64,000 bases of DNA. Origin: an uncultured Gemmatimonadales bacterium. GTDB lineage: Bacteria > Gemmatimonadota > Gemmatimonadetes > Gemmatimonadales > GWC2-71-9. The translations under genes and the position numbers were made by a program. The notes below the pieces were generated by a model, which was given only the letters and a program-made list of their open reading frames with translations, was not told the DNA's origin and searched no databases. The stretch is from the NCBI GenBank assembly GCA_963697755.1, contig CAVOPE010000001.1:84912-148911 (forward strand), in the 5' to 3' direction. Below are positions 63,076 through 64,000 of the stretch, piece after piece. How positions within the stretch are numbered: the first letter of the stretch is position 1; the number at the start of each line of letters is the position of its first letter.

Positions 63076-64000
63076 CGGCGCCCGCGCCAGTAGATGACGA
63101 GGCCCAGGACGACGAAGAAGGCGGCCCCTCCGAGCACCTTCAGCTCGAACAGCCCGGCTTCGGTCGTACCGGTCGGCGGGACCGTCGCGACGTACATCGC
63201 GAACAGGGTGAGGCCCAGGCCGGCCAGACCGATCACCGTGCCCGGGGCGCGTCCCGCGAGGAGCGGCGCGCCCACGGCCACCGGCTCGCGGAACCGCAGG
63301 ACCAGATAGCAGACGAACAGGTAGATGTAGGGGATGAAGTACACGAGCAACATCGTGTCGAGGATGACCAGGTAGGCCCGCTCGACCGTGGTCCCCTTGC
63401 CCAGGACCGAGACGAAGAGGAACAGCGTGGCCAGCACCGCCTGGGTGAGGATCGCGACGTAGGGCGTCTGCCAGCGCGGGTGGACCCGTCCGAACGCCGG
63501 CGGGAAGTAGCGGTCGAGCCCGATCACGAAGGCGACGCGCGCGGGTCCGGTGAGCCAGGCGCCGACGCCGCCCACGTTGCCGACGACGTACAGCGCGGCC
63601 GCGAGCGCCGGAATCCAGGCCGCGCCCCAGCCGATGTCGCGCGCCCCCACGGCCAGTGCCTGCAGGAAGCCGCTCACGATGTTCACCTCGCCGGTCGGCA
63701 CGATCCAGAGGACCGACGCCGTGCCGGCGATGTAGATGAAGGCGATGAGCGGCGCCGAGATCAGGATCGAGCGCGGCAAGGTCCGCCGCGGGTCTTTGAC
63801 CTCAGCCCCCATCACGGCGCCAAGCTCCAGCCCGGCGAAGGCGAACGCGATCGAGGCCCAGAGGTTGACCTCGGACTGCTCACCCAGGTTCGGGATGAGG
63901 CTCGCGGCGTCGATCGGCGTGGCCGAGGCGCGGGTGAAGAACGCGTAGGCGCCAAGGCCGACGAGCAGGACTCCGGGGAGGTAGGTCCCCAGCGCGCCGA
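63072..64000 (-). CDS. APC-family amino acid permease (5' part beyond the window)
   Basis: Polytopic, ..LGAVMGAEVKDPRRTLPRSILISAPLIAFIYI... The reading frame is open to base 64000. Confidence 0.8.

Overview
Very GC-rich (roughly 70% by eye) bacterial chromosomal segment, almost fully coding. I can support about 66 protein genes, one tRNA-Ser(GGA), one truncated gene remnant, and several promoters, terminators and operators. The content is mainly housekeeping. It includes rimP-nusA-(L7Ae-like)-infB-DUF503-rbfA-truB, pgeF, murA, gatCAB, uvrD, serS, groES-groEL with a perfect CIRCE operator, birA-coaX, uppP, bshA, miaA and mutL. It also includes a complete MoxR-DUF58-BatABCDE aerotolerance-type operon, scpAB, rpsT, pyrR-pyrB-pyrC and msrPQ. 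Envelope and secreted proteins are present: an M23 peptidase, an NlpC/P60 protein, OM beta-barrel proteins, a VWA protein, an ABC exporter and a TolB-like/CehA-like fusion. Genes are packed extremely tightly, with many ATGA/GTGA stop-start overlaps, and 23 consecutive minus-strand genes span 29.4-49.1 kb. I recognised no rRNA, CRISPR array, transposase, integrase or phage gene. The gene content (Bat operon, bshA, MsrPQ, PD40 proteins) loosely suggests a Gemmatimonadota-like organism, but I cannot verify this. The most striking technical observation is about 20 single-base reading-frame breaks inside otherwise conserved genes, including groEL, birA, truB, uvrD, batB and msrP. These look more like sequencing or assembly indels than biology. 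Five biological leads stand out. (1) A secreted protein has PHM/DBH-like copper-site His/Met spacing and a His/Met-rich tail. (2) A strong intrinsic terminator sits inside the rimP-nusA-infB leader. (3) An apparent OM beta-barrel is fused to an NlpC/P60 hydrolase. (4) A 5'-truncated thiolase remnant marks a rearrangement scar. (5) Recurrent CTGA junctions hint at CTG initiation. All family calls come from reading motifs by eye and from memory of family signatures. No searches were run.
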